Origin: Candidatus Levybacteria bacterium RIFCSPHIGHO2_01_FULL_36_15b
GTDB taxonomy: Bacteria; Patescibacteriota; Microgenomatia; Levybacterales; UBA12049
Direction of reading: 5' to 3'
NCBI GenBank assembly: GCA_001782045.1
Contig: MFNK01000003.1
Location: 101,905-165,904 of the forward strand
Length of the DNA: 64,000 nt
Position 1 is the first letter of the stretch, and every line of letters starts with the position of its first letter. A program made the translations under genes and the position numbers. This document shows positions 28,363-36,880 of this stretch, piece by piece. The notes below the pieces were generated by a model. The model worked only from the letters and a program-made list of their open reading frames with translations. It was not told the origin of the DNA and ran no database searches.

Positions 28363-28906
28363 TTGTTTTTTTCCTTTCCGGTGAAAGAACCGATATTAAC
28401 TTTCTTCCTTCAAGTCTTTTTTCCCTATCTACCTTTGATACGTCACTTAAATTATTTATAACTTCGCCCAAAATTTTGTGCCCAAATTCCGGATGAGTAA
28501 TTTGTCTTCCGCTGAAATAAACTACCAGTCGTACTTTATTTCCGTCTTCCAAAAAATATCTTGTTCTTTTTGTCATTACGGCCAGGTCGTTTTCGCTCAT
28601 AAATGGACCCAGTCGTACTTCTTTAGTTTCGGTTGACTTAGTCTTTCGTTTCTCTTCCCTTTTCTTTTTTTCTTCCTGGTATAAAAACTTTTTATAGTCA
28701 ATTATCTTTGCTACAGGAGGGCTGGCTTTTGATGCTATTTCGACTAAATCCGATAAGCTTTCCTTTGCAAGTTCAAGCGCCTTATCTTTTGGCATTACGC
28801 CTATTTGCTTTCCTTCTGAATCTATTACTCTTAGGGTACTCGCAAATATGCGCTCGTTTATTCTATAAAATTTTCTATCCCTATTTTGGTTATACCTTTT
28901 TATCAA
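28331..28906 (-). CDS. infC: translation initiation factor IF-3
   Basis: RINERI, DLVEI..PPVAKIIDY, FLEDGNKV; exact start uncertain. Confidence 0.95.
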   Translation of the reverse strand: MIKRYNQNRDRKFYRINERIFASTLRVIDSEGKQIGVMPKDKALELAKESLSDLVEIASKASPPVAKIIDYKKFLYQEEKKKREEKRKTKSTETKEVRLGPFMSENDLAVMTKRTRYFLEDGNKVRLVVYFSGRQITHPEFGHKILGEVINNLSDVSKVDREKRLEGRKLISVLSPERKKTNEKENKEVSS

Positions 28907-30101
28907 TTTCTTTTTTTAATTTTTGAAGAAAATCGTCCAGGCTTGTCTTGCCTAAATCTTTTCCTTCTCTGTCTCTTACCGAAACACTGTTTGCTTCAGT
29001 TTCTTTCTCGCCTATTATAGCTAAATATGGGACTTTTTGCAAAGCAGCATCTCTTATTTTAGCCTGAAGCCTTTCAGATCTACTATCTAGCTCAACCCTT
29101 ACTCCTTGTGCAGTAAGCCTTTCCTGTACGTCTTTAGCATAATTTAGCTGTGAATCTGTTATGGGCAGAATTGCAACCTGAACAGGCGAAAGCCACAAAG
29201 GAAAAGCACCCTGATAATGCTCAATTATCATTGCAAGAAATCTTTCATAAGATCCAAAAGTTGCCCGATGCAACATTATTGGTCTTACTTTTTGATTACT
29301 TTCGTCAATATAGCTAAGGTTGAATCTTTCAGGCAAATTGAAATCTACCTGAATGGTTGATAATTGCCATTCTTTTCCCAAAGAGTCTTTTATCATTAAG
29401 TCCATTTTGGGTCCGTAAAATGCAGCTTCTCCGTCTATTCTTTTATATTCTATTTTTAACTCATCTAAAATTTCAGCCATTAAGTTTTGCATTTTTTCCC
29501 ATGTCTTTTCGTCTCCTAAGTATTTATTTTTGTTATTTTTATCCCACGCGGAAAGTCTTATCCAATATTCAAGGCCGAAATCTTTAAGCATTATTTGGTT
29601 AATTTCTAATGCTCTTCGAAATTCCTCTTTAATTTGATCAGGTCTGGCAAAAACGTGAGAATCGTCTAGCGTTAGTCCAAGAACCCGTACGAGTCCTTCT
29701 AATTCGCCTGATTGTTCTGATCTATACTGAGTAGTGGTTTCCGCATATCTTTGAGGCATTTCCCTATAGGAAATGGGTTTTCGAGCAAATATTTGTATGT
29801 GATGTGGGCAATTTGCCGGTTTAAGATTGTATTCTCTTCCCTTTGCTTTTATAGTAGGAAACATATCTTCTGAAAATTTTTCCAGATGACCGGATTTCTC
29901 ATAAAGTTCTTTTCTTGAAATATGAGGAATCCAAACGAATTTATACTCGTGTTTTTCAAGAATATCCTCAATATATCCTTGCAAGATTCTTCTAAGCATT
30001 GCGCCCTTTGGGGTAAAAAGCGGAAGCCCTGCGCCTACTAGATCTGAAAATGTAAATAAATCCTGTTCTTGTCCTATTTCTTGGTGACTTTTATTTGCCA
30101 T
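28890..30101 (-). CDS. thrS: threonine--tRNA ligase (short form without the N-terminal editing domain)
   Basis: KPANCPHH, YRSEQSGEL, AAFYGPK, HRATFGSYERF. Confidence 0.96.
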   Translation of the reverse strand: MANKSHQEIGQEQDLFTFSDLVGAGLPLFTPKGAMLRRILQGYIEDILEKHEYKFVWIPHISRKELYEKSGHLEKFSEDMFPTIKAKGREYNLKPANCPHHIQIFARKPISYREMPQRYAETTTQYRSEQSGELEGLVRVLGLTLDDSHVFARPDQIKEEFRRALEINQIMLKDFGLEYWIRLSAWDKNNKNKYLGDEKTWEKMQNLMAEILDELKIEYKRIDGEAAFYGPKMDLMIKDSLGKEWQLSTIQVDFNLPERFNLSYIDESNQKVRPIMLHRATFGSYERFLAMIIEHYQGAFPLWLSPVQVAILPITDSQLNYAKDVQERLTAQGVRVELDSRSERLQAKIRDAALQKVPYLAIIGEKETEANSVSVRDREGKDLGKTSLDDFLQKLKKEIDKKV

Positions 30102-30122
30102 GTGCGTATTTTATCACAATAA

Positions 30123-30344
30123 TCATCTGAGAAGCTCGGGGTTTTTGGAAAGAACGAATTTTATAACATCCGCTACAAAATTTCCAACAAAAGGAACTAG
30201 ATTTACATTCTGCACAATTACTCCTAAAATTGTTAAAACTATGGCTAGCCCAACGGTTGCACCAAGTCCCCAAGCTATTCCACCTATAAAATTATTAAAT
30301 ATGATCTGTCTTTTACTTTTATGAAGCGCCTCGTGTCTTTCCAT
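30123..30344 (-). CDS. small membrane protein (DUF5665-like)
   Basis: NFIGGIAWGLGATVG TM segment followed by VPFVGNF. Confidence 0.65.
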   Translation of the reverse strand: MERHEALHKSKRQIIFNNFIGGIAWGLGATVGLAIVLTILGVIVQNVNLVPFVGNFVADVIKFVLSKNPELLR

Positions 30345-30379
30345 AATTAAAGTCTATTTAAGCAAGTCTCTTTTGTCAA

Positions 30380-30961
30380 CTAAAGCCCAAGTGACGGGGC
30401 AATTTGCTGCATAGAGGTTAAAACTATTGAAATAAAGTCTTCCAGTTTAATTTCTAAATGTTTTTTACAGTTTTCTATTGATTTTCTGTCCGCGCCTTTT
30501 GCAAAAGATTTTTCCTTATATCTATTCATTACAAAATTTAAATCTATGGAGGAAAGCTTTTTGTCCGGATGAATTAGCGCAGCTGCAATAATTAAGCCGG
30601 TAAGTTCATCACAGCAAACAATTGCCCAATCCATCAAAGACTTGGGACTAACTTTTGTGTATTTATGATTGTGGGCTTTAATTGCATAAATAACATCTTG
30701 CGGAACTTGATCTTTTAATTTCTCTTCTAAAATTAGCGTGTGTTTTTCGGGGTGTTCCTTAGATTCTTCGTAATCTGCGTCGTGAAGCAACCCAACCATA
30801 CTCCATTTCGCTTGCTCTTCTTGATTAATCGGCTGGTTTTTTGGTTTTTGGATCCAATTATAAATCCCAATCATTGCTGCTTCACAGGCCAAGTGGTGTT
30901 TTATAAGATTTTCGCTTTTTACCATTTGGTTTAAAAAAGCGTATGCGTCGTCTCGTGTCAT
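30380..30961 (-). CDS. HD-domain phosphohydrolase
   Basis: KHHLA, GLLHDADYE, DELTGLI, KEKSFAKG. Confidence 0.85.
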   Translation of the reverse strand: MTRDDAYAFLNQMVKSENLIKHHLACEAAMIGIYNWIQKPKNQPINQEEQAKWSMVGLLHDADYEESKEHPEKHTLILEEKLKDQVPQDVIYAIKAHNHKYTKVSPKSLMDWAIVCCDELTGLIIAAALIHPDKKLSSIDLNFVMNRYKEKSFAKGADRKSIENCKKHLEIKLEDFISIVLTSMQQIAPSLGL

Positions 30962-31002
30962 AAAACTATCTTAACACAAAGGATGATTTTTGGGGAAAAA
31001 GG

Positions 31003-31076
31003 TGGGCCCGAGAAGAGTCGAACTTCTGACCTTTGCAATGTCAATGCAACGCTCTAACCAACTGAGCTACGAGCCC
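31003..31076 (-). tRNA. tRNA-Val(GAC)
   Basis: cloverleaf; anticodon arm TTGCA-TTGACAT-TGCAA. Confidence 0.95.
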
Positions 31077-31123
31077 TGGGCTTGTCTATTTTAACAAAAC
31101 AAGCCTATTCAATCAAACATAGA

Positions 31124-31288
31124 TTATTTACTCCTGCTTGCCATTTGTGGCGCCCTTCCAAATGGTGCGTTTTCCCTTGCTGATTCTCCAAAAGGCTTTT
31201 TAGGCTCCGGCGCCACCGGTTTTTCAACAGGCATTGACGGACCATGATGAACTACAACTTCTAAGTTTTTTTTGCCTTGCTCTACCAT
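31124..31288 (-). CDS. small hypothetical protein (54 aa, Pro-rich)
   Basis: strong SD GGGGGTGA before ATG 31288 (MVEQGKK...). Confidence 0.6.
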   Translation of the reverse strand: MVEQGKKNLEVVVHHGPSMPVEKPVAPEPKKPFGESARENAPFGRAPQMASRSK

Positions 31289-31319
31289 AAATAAATCACC
31301 CCCTTTATTTTTAGCCAAA

Positions 31320-31511
31320 TTATTTTTTAGATAAATTCTGTCCGTTTGATCTAAATGCAACCTCAGATCTTAATAGTTGATTACGGAAATCCGGTCTTCT
31401 GCCGGTTGCCCTAGCCCTATCAACTCTAACATGATATTGAAAATCCATTTCTTGATTGAATTGCTCAACAGTTCTTCCTCGTAGTGGATCGCGTTCATTT
31501 TTGTAACTCAT
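31320..31511 (-). CDS. small hypothetical protein (63 aa)
   Basis: perfect SD AGGAGGTGA upstream of the ATG. Confidence 0.7.
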   Translation of the reverse strand: MSYKNERDPLRGRTVEQFNQEMDFQYHVRVDRARATGRRPDFRNQLLRSEVAFRSNGQNLSKK

Positions 31512-31532
31512 AATTTCACCTCCTATTCCAAC

Positions 31533-31556
31533 AAAAAACCTCCCTTTTGGGGAGGT
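31533..31556 (-). terminator. intrinsic terminator in a 5' leader (attenuator 3:4 stem)
   Basis: minus strand ACCTCCC-CAAAA-GGGAGGT followed by TTTTT. Confidence 0.75.
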
Positions 31557-31589
31557 ATTCCGTACGTTTACCTTACGAGAATTACCTCC

Positions 31590-31637
31590 CTAACGGGAGT
31601 TAATAATTCTATTAATAAGGTTAAACTTCTTACTCAC
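31590..31637 (-). CDS. putative leader peptide MSKKFNLINRIINSR
   Basis: GTG at the predicted transcription start; stop codon lies at the loop of the first leader hairpin. Confidence 0.55.
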   Translation of the reverse strand: MSKKFNLINRIINSR

Positions 31638-31644
31638 AAATTAA

Positions 31645-31674
31645 ATAATATAAAATGTACAAAGTAAGTGTCAA
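31645..31674 (-). promoter_or_regulatory. sigma70-type promoter of the attenuated unit
   Basis: TTGACA (31674-31669), 18-bp spacer, TATTAT (31650-31645). Confidence 0.6.
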
Positions 31675-31682
31675 GGGGTATT

Positions 31683-32330
31683 TTAACCGGTTTGTTGTGC
31701 AACTACTCGCTCTCCAGACAAGGTAAAACTTGTACCCTGGGATTTTGCAAGGCTCCAAAAGTCTTTCTTAGATTTCTTTCCTGCTAGGGCTGACATCCAG
31801 TTTGCAGAACTCTCAATTCTGACCCTAGCTGCTTGAATTGTAGATAACATCCACTCTACAAAATTTAAGTGATACTTACCCGGTTTAATATTGTCCTGAA
31901 TAGTTTCTGTTGCTACTTGTTTAAAAGAAATCTCAAGTTCCTTAGATTTTTCGGTAATTTTTTTAAGCTCAATTTGAATTTCCGTTAGCCTTTGTTTAAT
32001 TTCCTGATTATCGGCATTTCTTCTAATAGTTTCTGCATGAAGAATTTTATCTACATATTTTATATCCGGATCGCCTTCTGCAGCTCTTTCTTTTTTTTCT
32101 TTCTTAGTAAAACTTATTTCTTCCCCCTCGTTAAGATCTCCGGCTAGTTTTTCAGCCCTAGAAGCCTGGTTTTGAGCTTCTTGAGCTTGTCCCAAGGCCT
32201 GCTTCATAAAAACTTTCCATTCTTCATTAAGTTCACTTTTAACAGTTTTTGAAGCAGATTGAATCAACTCGGCTCCAATTTCGTCGAGGTTTTTCTCTCT
32301 AAATGTTTTTAAGGGATTTTTACTTGCCAT
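31683..32330 (-). CDS. conserved CPR-type coiled-coil protein (DUF5660-like)
   Basis: C-terminal PGKYHLNFVEW...GTSFTLSGER pattern; family assigned from memory. Confidence 0.6.
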   Translation of the reverse strand: MASKNPLKTFREKNLDEIGAELIQSASKTVKSELNEEWKVFMKQALGQAQEAQNQASRAEKLAGDLNEGEEISFTKKEKKERAAEGDPDIKYVDKILHAETIRRNADNQEIKQRLTEIQIELKKITEKSKELEISFKQVATETIQDNIKPGKYHLNFVEWMLSTIQAARVRIESSANWMSALAGKKSKKDFWSLAKSQGTSFTLSGERVVAQQTG

Positions 32331-32345
32331 ACGTGCCTATATATA

Positions 32346-33179
32346 TCACAGATTACGTAGATAATCAAGCGTTTTTTGCTGTCTTATAATACTTGCAACT
32401 AAGTATTTATTGTTAGTTAGACTTTTTCTTTCTTCCTCTGTTTTTGCAGCTTTAATTGCTTCTTCAATCTCGCTTTCTTCTACTTTTATATTTTGTTCAT
32501 TTGCAATTTGTCCAAGTATAAACTCAATCTTAACATCAGACTCCGCTTTTTTGGCATAATCTGCTCTTAAAGCTTCAATTGTTTTGCCGCTTGAAGCTAA
32601 ATATTGATCTAGCGTTAAACCCAACCTTTTAATTTCATCTAAGGTTTGAGCCAAAAGTCTTTCTACTTCCTGGTCTAAAATTACCTTAGGCACGATCAAC
32701 TTAACGCTTTCAAGAAGCGCTTTGGCTATTTCATCAAAACTTACAGCCTGATTTTCCTTACCGGGAACTACAATTTTAGATTTTGCGGTAACATTTTGTA
32801 CACCCTCTTTATAGTTACCAAGATCGATTTTTGGCATTTCGCAGGTTTGGGCAATAAATTCCCAGTCTTTATCGTCATCTATTTTTTGAACATGAATTTT
32901 TGGAGAAATTATAGGATTTAAGGCATTTGTTTTAACTGCTTCTGCATATGCGCCCGGCAATATTTTTCGAAGTATATCCTCTTTTATATGTGCTTTGTCT
33001 AAGCTTTGCTCAACCTTTTCAAGAGGCGCCATGCCTTTTCTAAAACCCGGCAATTCGGCTTCTTTTACGTGCTCGTTTATTACTTCTTTTTTTGCCTCAA
33101 CAATTGCGCTCCAAGGAACAGTTACCGTAAGTTCAATTGTTCCGTCTTCCTGTTTTTTTATTTGAGATGTAATTTTCAT
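32346..33179 (-). CDS. tig: trigger factor (short, apparently without the PPIase domain)
   Basis: LPGFRKGMAP ribosome-binding motif; follows tRNA-Leu; start moved to ATG 33179 outside the tRNA. Confidence 0.9.
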   Translation of the reverse strand: MKITSQIKKQEDGTIELTVTVPWSAIVEAKKEVINEHVKEAELPGFRKGMAPLEKVEQSLDKAHIKEDILRKILPGAYAEAVKTNALNPIISPKIHVQKIDDDKDWEFIAQTCEMPKIDLGNYKEGVQNVTAKSKIVVPGKENQAVSFDEIAKALLESVKLIVPKVILDQEVERLLAQTLDEIKRLGLTLDQYLASSGKTIEALRADYAKKAESDVKIEFILGQIANEQNIKVEESEIEEAIKAAKTEEERKSLTNNKYLVASIIRQQKTLDYLRNL

Positions 33180-33185
33180 AAAATT

Positions 33186-33271
33186 TGGTGCGGACGAAGG
33201 GAGTTGAACCCCCACGCCCTTGCGGGCACAAGGTCCTAAACCTTGCGTGTCTGCCGTTTCACCACGTCCGC
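33186..33271 (-). tRNA. tRNA-Leu(TAG)
   Basis: CAAGG-TTTAGGA-CCTTG, long variable arm, encoded CCA. Confidence 0.95.
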
Positions 33272-33304
33272 TCGCCCCTATACAACGAGTACATTATAGC
33301 CTAA

Positions 33305-33856
33305 TTAGAAGGAAAGCGAAAGTGAAGATCTTGCGTCGTTAAGCGCAAATTTTTGGATTGAATTTAGGTGTATTTGAACACTATTTGGCCATGCCTGTGA
33401 GGAAGCATAAATTCTTCCTATTTCGTAGATATTTTTAGCTCCCCATCTGTTCATATATTTTTCCCTTAAGCCCTGAGAGATTGTGCCTATTCCCTCTTTC
33501 CAGGAAGCAAATCTTATTACGTTGTCTCCATAAACTCCCCAACCCCAGGCATTATAAGAGTTGTTGGGAATAGCAAGTCCAAAAGAAGACTCAACGCCTG
33601 CAATAGCTGCAACCAGCTTCCAGTCTAAGTTATATTTATCCGCATAAAAAACAAAATCCTCTGCATTTTCTGCAAGCGGAGAATTTCTGCTTTCAAGATA
33701 AGAACGCAGTATTTGTACACGTGAATCGAAAACAGCATTAGTTTCTGTATCTGAAACTATTTTTGCAGATGACGCAGACGCTTTTTCCTGCGCAAAAGCA
33801 TTTTGTGGAGTTGTTAATATTATAGCCGCAAGTATTGCGAGCAGTAATTTTTTCAT
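33305..33856 (-). CDS. secreted lysozyme-fold/glucosaminidase-like protein
   Basis: signal peptide MKKLLLAILAA..AFA; ADKYNLDWKLVAAIAGVESSFG, NAWGWG. Confidence 0.7.
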   Translation of the reverse strand: MKKLLLAILAAIILTTPQNAFAQEKASASSAKIVSDTETNAVFDSRVQILRSYLESRNSPLAENAEDFVFYADKYNLDWKLVAAIAGVESSFGLAIPNNSYNAWGWGVYGDNVIRFASWKEGIGTISQGLREKYMNRWGAKNIYEIGRIYASSQAWPNSVQIHLNSIQKFALNDARSSLSLSF

Positions 33857-33878
33857 ACTTGTGTGGGCTTTTTTGCCC

Positions 33879-33923
33879 AAAAAAAATCCTAACGTATGTA
33901 TTTGGAAGGACATACCTTAGGAT
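33879..33923 (-). terminator. terminator-like hairpin inside a 5' leader
   Basis: ATCCTAAGGTATGT...ACATACGTTAGGAT plus T-run, directly after a TTGACA-17-TATACT promoter. Confidence 0.6.
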
Positions 33924-33975
33924 CTGCGGAGAGTATATCACACAACTATAGGTTTGTCAAGTGGTTAACTATGGG

Positions 33976-34551
33976 CTATATTTCCATGCGCTCCATGAAG
34001 CCTAAAACTCCTTTAGCCCATGAGCCGTTACTGGAAGGCGTGTATTTGCTCATTATCTGTTCCGGTGTTTCAAGTCCTTGATCTTTGTATTTTGTTGCCA
34101 GTGTTTTTGTAACTGTTTCTATTGCAATATGATAGTTATCAAACCGCGTAACTTTCTTTCCATAAATACCAAACCCCCAGCAATTATATGAATTTTTCGG
34201 TGCTTTTTTGCAAAGAGTTGATTCCTGCATGGCAATTGCAGGAATTAGTCGGTAGTCCAGACCGTATTTATCTGCAGTGCTTACGACAAATTCAGCATAT
34301 GGGCTAAGTGAGGAATTATACCTATCTAAAAAGGCTTTAACAGCCTCAATTCGGCCGTCTTTGGAGTTCATTTTAAGTACATATGCGGTATTAGAGCCTG
34401 GAAGCGCAGCGTAGGCTACTTTGGGAGCCCTTTGAAATGTCAAGAACGAACTGGCATTTTGGGAGTTAATATAGCTATAAAAAAGAAGTGTTAAAATAAG
34501 AAGAACTGGAGTAAGAAAGAAAACATAGGCAGACAGTAATATCTTTCTCAT
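33976..34551 (-). CDS. membrane-anchored lysozyme-fold/glucosaminidase-like protein (paralog of the neighbour)
   Basis: N-terminal TM; ADKYGLDYRLIPAIAMQES, NCWGFG. Confidence 0.7.
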   Translation of the reverse strand: MRKILLSAYVFFLTPVLLILTLLFYSYINSQNASSFLTFQRAPKVAYAALPGSNTAYVLKMNSKDGRIEAVKAFLDRYNSSLSPYAEFVVSTADKYGLDYRLIPAIAMQESTLCKKAPKNSYNCWGFGIYGKKVTRFDNYHIAIETVTKTLATKYKDQGLETPEQIMSKYTPSSNGSWAKGVLGFMERMEI

Positions 34552-34645
34552 TTATCTTTTAGATTGGCAGATTAATGTGTTTTTGTCAAGCTATTTTAGT
34601 CTAATTTGAGCTCCGGAGGATTTTCTGGTATACTCTTTTTCATTC

Positions 34646-34717
34646 GCGGGAGTAGTTCATCGGTAGAATGTTTCCTTGCCAAGGAAAAGGTAGCGGGTTC
34701 GATTCCCGTCTCCCGCT
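34646..34717 (+). tRNA. tRNA-Gly(GCC)
   Basis: TTTCC-TTGCCAA-GGAAA, GGTTCGATTCC. Confidence 0.95.
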
Positions 34718-34757
34718 CAAAATACCCTCGAAATGCTACAAAAATGCAGAAGAAAAG

Positions 34758-35216
34758 TTAGTGGATTTCGACCTTAGCTTCATAGGCCAAATTTCTAGCT
34801 TCCGCGTAGGCTTTAGGAAATTTACTTTCATTTCCCATTATTCTGTCTGCGAGCCCATTTTTTATCTCAAATCCCGCAATTATCCCGCTAATTGGATTTA
34901 CTGGCTCTATTAATGCAGTTACGCCATCCATGTATGCCACAACATAATCATTTATTCTATCTTTGAAAGTTTCCGTTTGAAAATAATAGTCCGTTACTTT
35001 GTTTGAGTCGTATGTTCTGCGTGTTTCTTTAGATAACCTACCACTAAAAGTTCCATCTTCTGTGCTCCAAAAAACTTTTTCATTTATAGGTTTGCCATTG
35101 GTTCTAGCAGCAAGTACATCAAGATCTAATTCGGAAACAGGAACGAAAGATACCTCCTGTTCTTTCTCAGGGAGTAAAGGTGGATTATTGTCTGTTCTCT
35201 CTAAAGCGACTGACAT
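34758..35216 (-). CDS. hypothetical protein
   Basis: start moved to ATG 35216 (MSVALERT) downstream of TTGACA..TAGAAT; the longer ORF runs antisense through tRNAs. Confidence 0.6.
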   Translation of the reverse strand: MSVALERTDNNPPLLPEKEQEVSFVPVSELDLDVLAARTNGKPINEKVFWSTEDGTFSGRLSKETRRTYDSNKVTDYYFQTETFKDRINDYVVAYMDGVTALIEPVNPISGIIAGFEIKNGLADRIMGNESKFPKAYAEARNLAYEAKVEIH

Positions 35217-35285
35217 AACATAAGGATGATATTCTACAGGAAATTTGTCAATAGTCAAGTGCTCTAGTATAATATTAGTCTGTAA

Positions 35286-35358
35286 GCTGAGATAGCCAAG
35301 GTGGTCAAGGCACCTGTCTGAAGAACAGGCTATGTGTGTTCGACTCACACTCTCAGCA
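35286..35358 (+). tRNA. tRNA-Phe(GAA)
   Basis: CCTGT-CTGAAGA-ACAGG; acceptor GCTGAGA/TCTCAGC. Confidence 0.92.
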
Positions 35359-35386
35359 CAATTCGACAAGCTTAGTACAAGCACTT

Positions 35387-35469
35387 GCGGATGTGGTGAA
35401 ATGGTATACACGCAGCCTTGAGGTGGCTGTGCCGTAAAAAGCGTGGAGGTTCGAGTCCTCTCATCCGCA
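35387..35469 (+). tRNA. tRNA-Leu(GAG)
   Basis: CAGCC-TTGAGGT-GGCTG, long variable arm. Confidence 0.93.
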
Positions 35470-35480
35470 CAAATTACCTT

Positions 35481-35552
35481 GGGTACTTAGCTCAGTGGTA
35501 GAGCGCTTCGTTTACATCGAAGATGTCGGGGGTTCAAGTCCCTCAGTACCCA
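35481..35552 (+). tRNA. tRNA-Val(TAC)
   Basis: CTTCG-TTTACAT-CGAAG. Confidence 0.95.
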
Positions 35553-35580
35553 CATATTAGGCACGCTCAGCGTAAACAAA

Positions 35581-35664
35581 GCCCAGGTGGCGAAACCGGC
35601 AGACGCGCAGCGTTCAGAACGCTGTGTCCGCAAGGACTTGGGAGTTCGAATCTCCCCTTGGGCA
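35581..35664 (+). tRNA. tRNA-Leu(CAG)
   Basis: CAGCG-TTCAGAA-CGCTG, long variable arm. Confidence 0.93.
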
Positions 35665-35665
35665 C

Positions 35666-36787
35666 ATGAAATACTTAGTCATTCTTTTTTCCTTAGTGAC
35701 ACTTATATCAATGGCTTTTTTTATAATTTCGAACAAGGGGAATATTTCACCAACTCAGAAAAATAACATTACACAAACAAAAAGTACTGAAAACAAAACA
35801 TCAGAGCCGGTTATGGTGGTTACAGATAATTTAGATACTCCATGGTCCATTGCTTTCCTGCCCGATAAATCTATGCTGGTTTCTCAAAGAAACGGTATAG
35901 TTTTTCATATATCAAAAGACGGTAATGAAGAGAAGGTCGGGGAAATTCCTAGCGTAAAGGAATATGGCGAGGGCGGCCTCATGGGGGTTGCTGTGCATCC
36001 CAATTTTTCCGTAAACAGTTATGTCTATTTTTATTACACGTACAGCGAAAACGGAGTTAATACATTAAACAGAGTGGTTAGAATGGGCTATAAAAATAAT
36101 AGACTTGAAAATGAGCAAATAGTTGTAGACAAAATTCCGGGAGGAATCTTTCATAACGGCGGAAGGATAAAATTCGGACCAGATGGTTTTCTTTACATAA
36201 CAACCGGTGATGCAACAAATCCATCATTATCTCAAAATAAAGATTCATTAGCCGGAAAAATATTAAGAGTTACAGATGATGGTAAGCCTGCGCCCGGCAA
36301 TCCTTTTAAAACTCAAGTCTACTCATTTGGTCACAGAAATCCCCAAGGCTTAGCGTGGGATTTGGATAAGCATTTATGGGAAACAGAGCATGGTCCATCC
36401 GGAACATGGCCAAATTGTTGCCAGGATGAAATCAATGTGATAGAAGCGGGAAAAAATTATGGCTGGCCGGAAAACGTTGGGGATAACGTTAAAAGCGGAG
36501 TTGAAGCTGCAGTTTTGCATTCAGGCCGCGAAATTTGGGCTCCGGCAGGACTTGACTATTTAAACGGGTCATTGTTTTTTGCGGGATTAAGAGGAGAAGC
36601 ACTTTATGAATACAAAATTGCAACAAAGAGACTTACAGCACATTTTAAAAATACATTCGGAAGAATAAGAGATGTGGTGGTTGGCCCTGATAATATGATT
36701 TATATCACAACAAGTAATCTTGATGGTAGAGGGTTGCCAAAAAGAGGAGACGATAAAATTATCAAAATTAACCCAGGCAAACTTTAG
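35666..36787 (+). CDS. PQQ-dependent sugar dehydrogenase family protein (GSDH beta-propeller)
   Basis: PWSIAFLPD, GEGGLMG, HNGGRIKFGPDG, GHRNPQG, GRIRDV; N-terminal anchor starting at ATG 35666. Confidence 0.9.
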   Translation: MKYLVILFSLVTLISMAFFIISNKGNISPTQKNNITQTKSTENKTSEPVMVVTDNLDTPWSIAFLPDKSMLVSQRNGIVFHISKDGNEEKVGEIPSVKEYGEGGLMGVAVHPNFSVNSYVYFYYTYSENGVNTLNRVVRMGYKNNRLENEQIVVDKIPGGIFHNGGRIKFGPDGFLYITTGDATNPSLSQNKDSLAGKILRVTDDGKPAPGNPFKTQVYSFGHRNPQGLAWDLDKHLWETEHGPSGTWPNCCQDEINVIEAGKNYGWPENVGDNVKSGVEAAVLHSGREIWAPAGLDYLNGSLFFAGLRGEALYEYKIATKRLTAHFKNTFGRIRDVVVGPDNMIYITTSNLDGRGLPKRGDDKIIKINPGKL

Positions 36788-36794
36788 TAATGAG

Positions 36795-36879
36795 TGCCGC
36801 GGGAGAGAGTCGAACTCTCACGTCCGATTAAGGACAAAGGCTCTTAAGGCCCTCGTGTCTGCCATTCCACCACCACGGC
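36795..36879 (-). tRNA. tRNA-Leu(TAA)
   Basis: AGGGC-CTTAAGA-GCCTT, long variable arm. Confidence 0.93.
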
Positions 36880-36880
36880 T

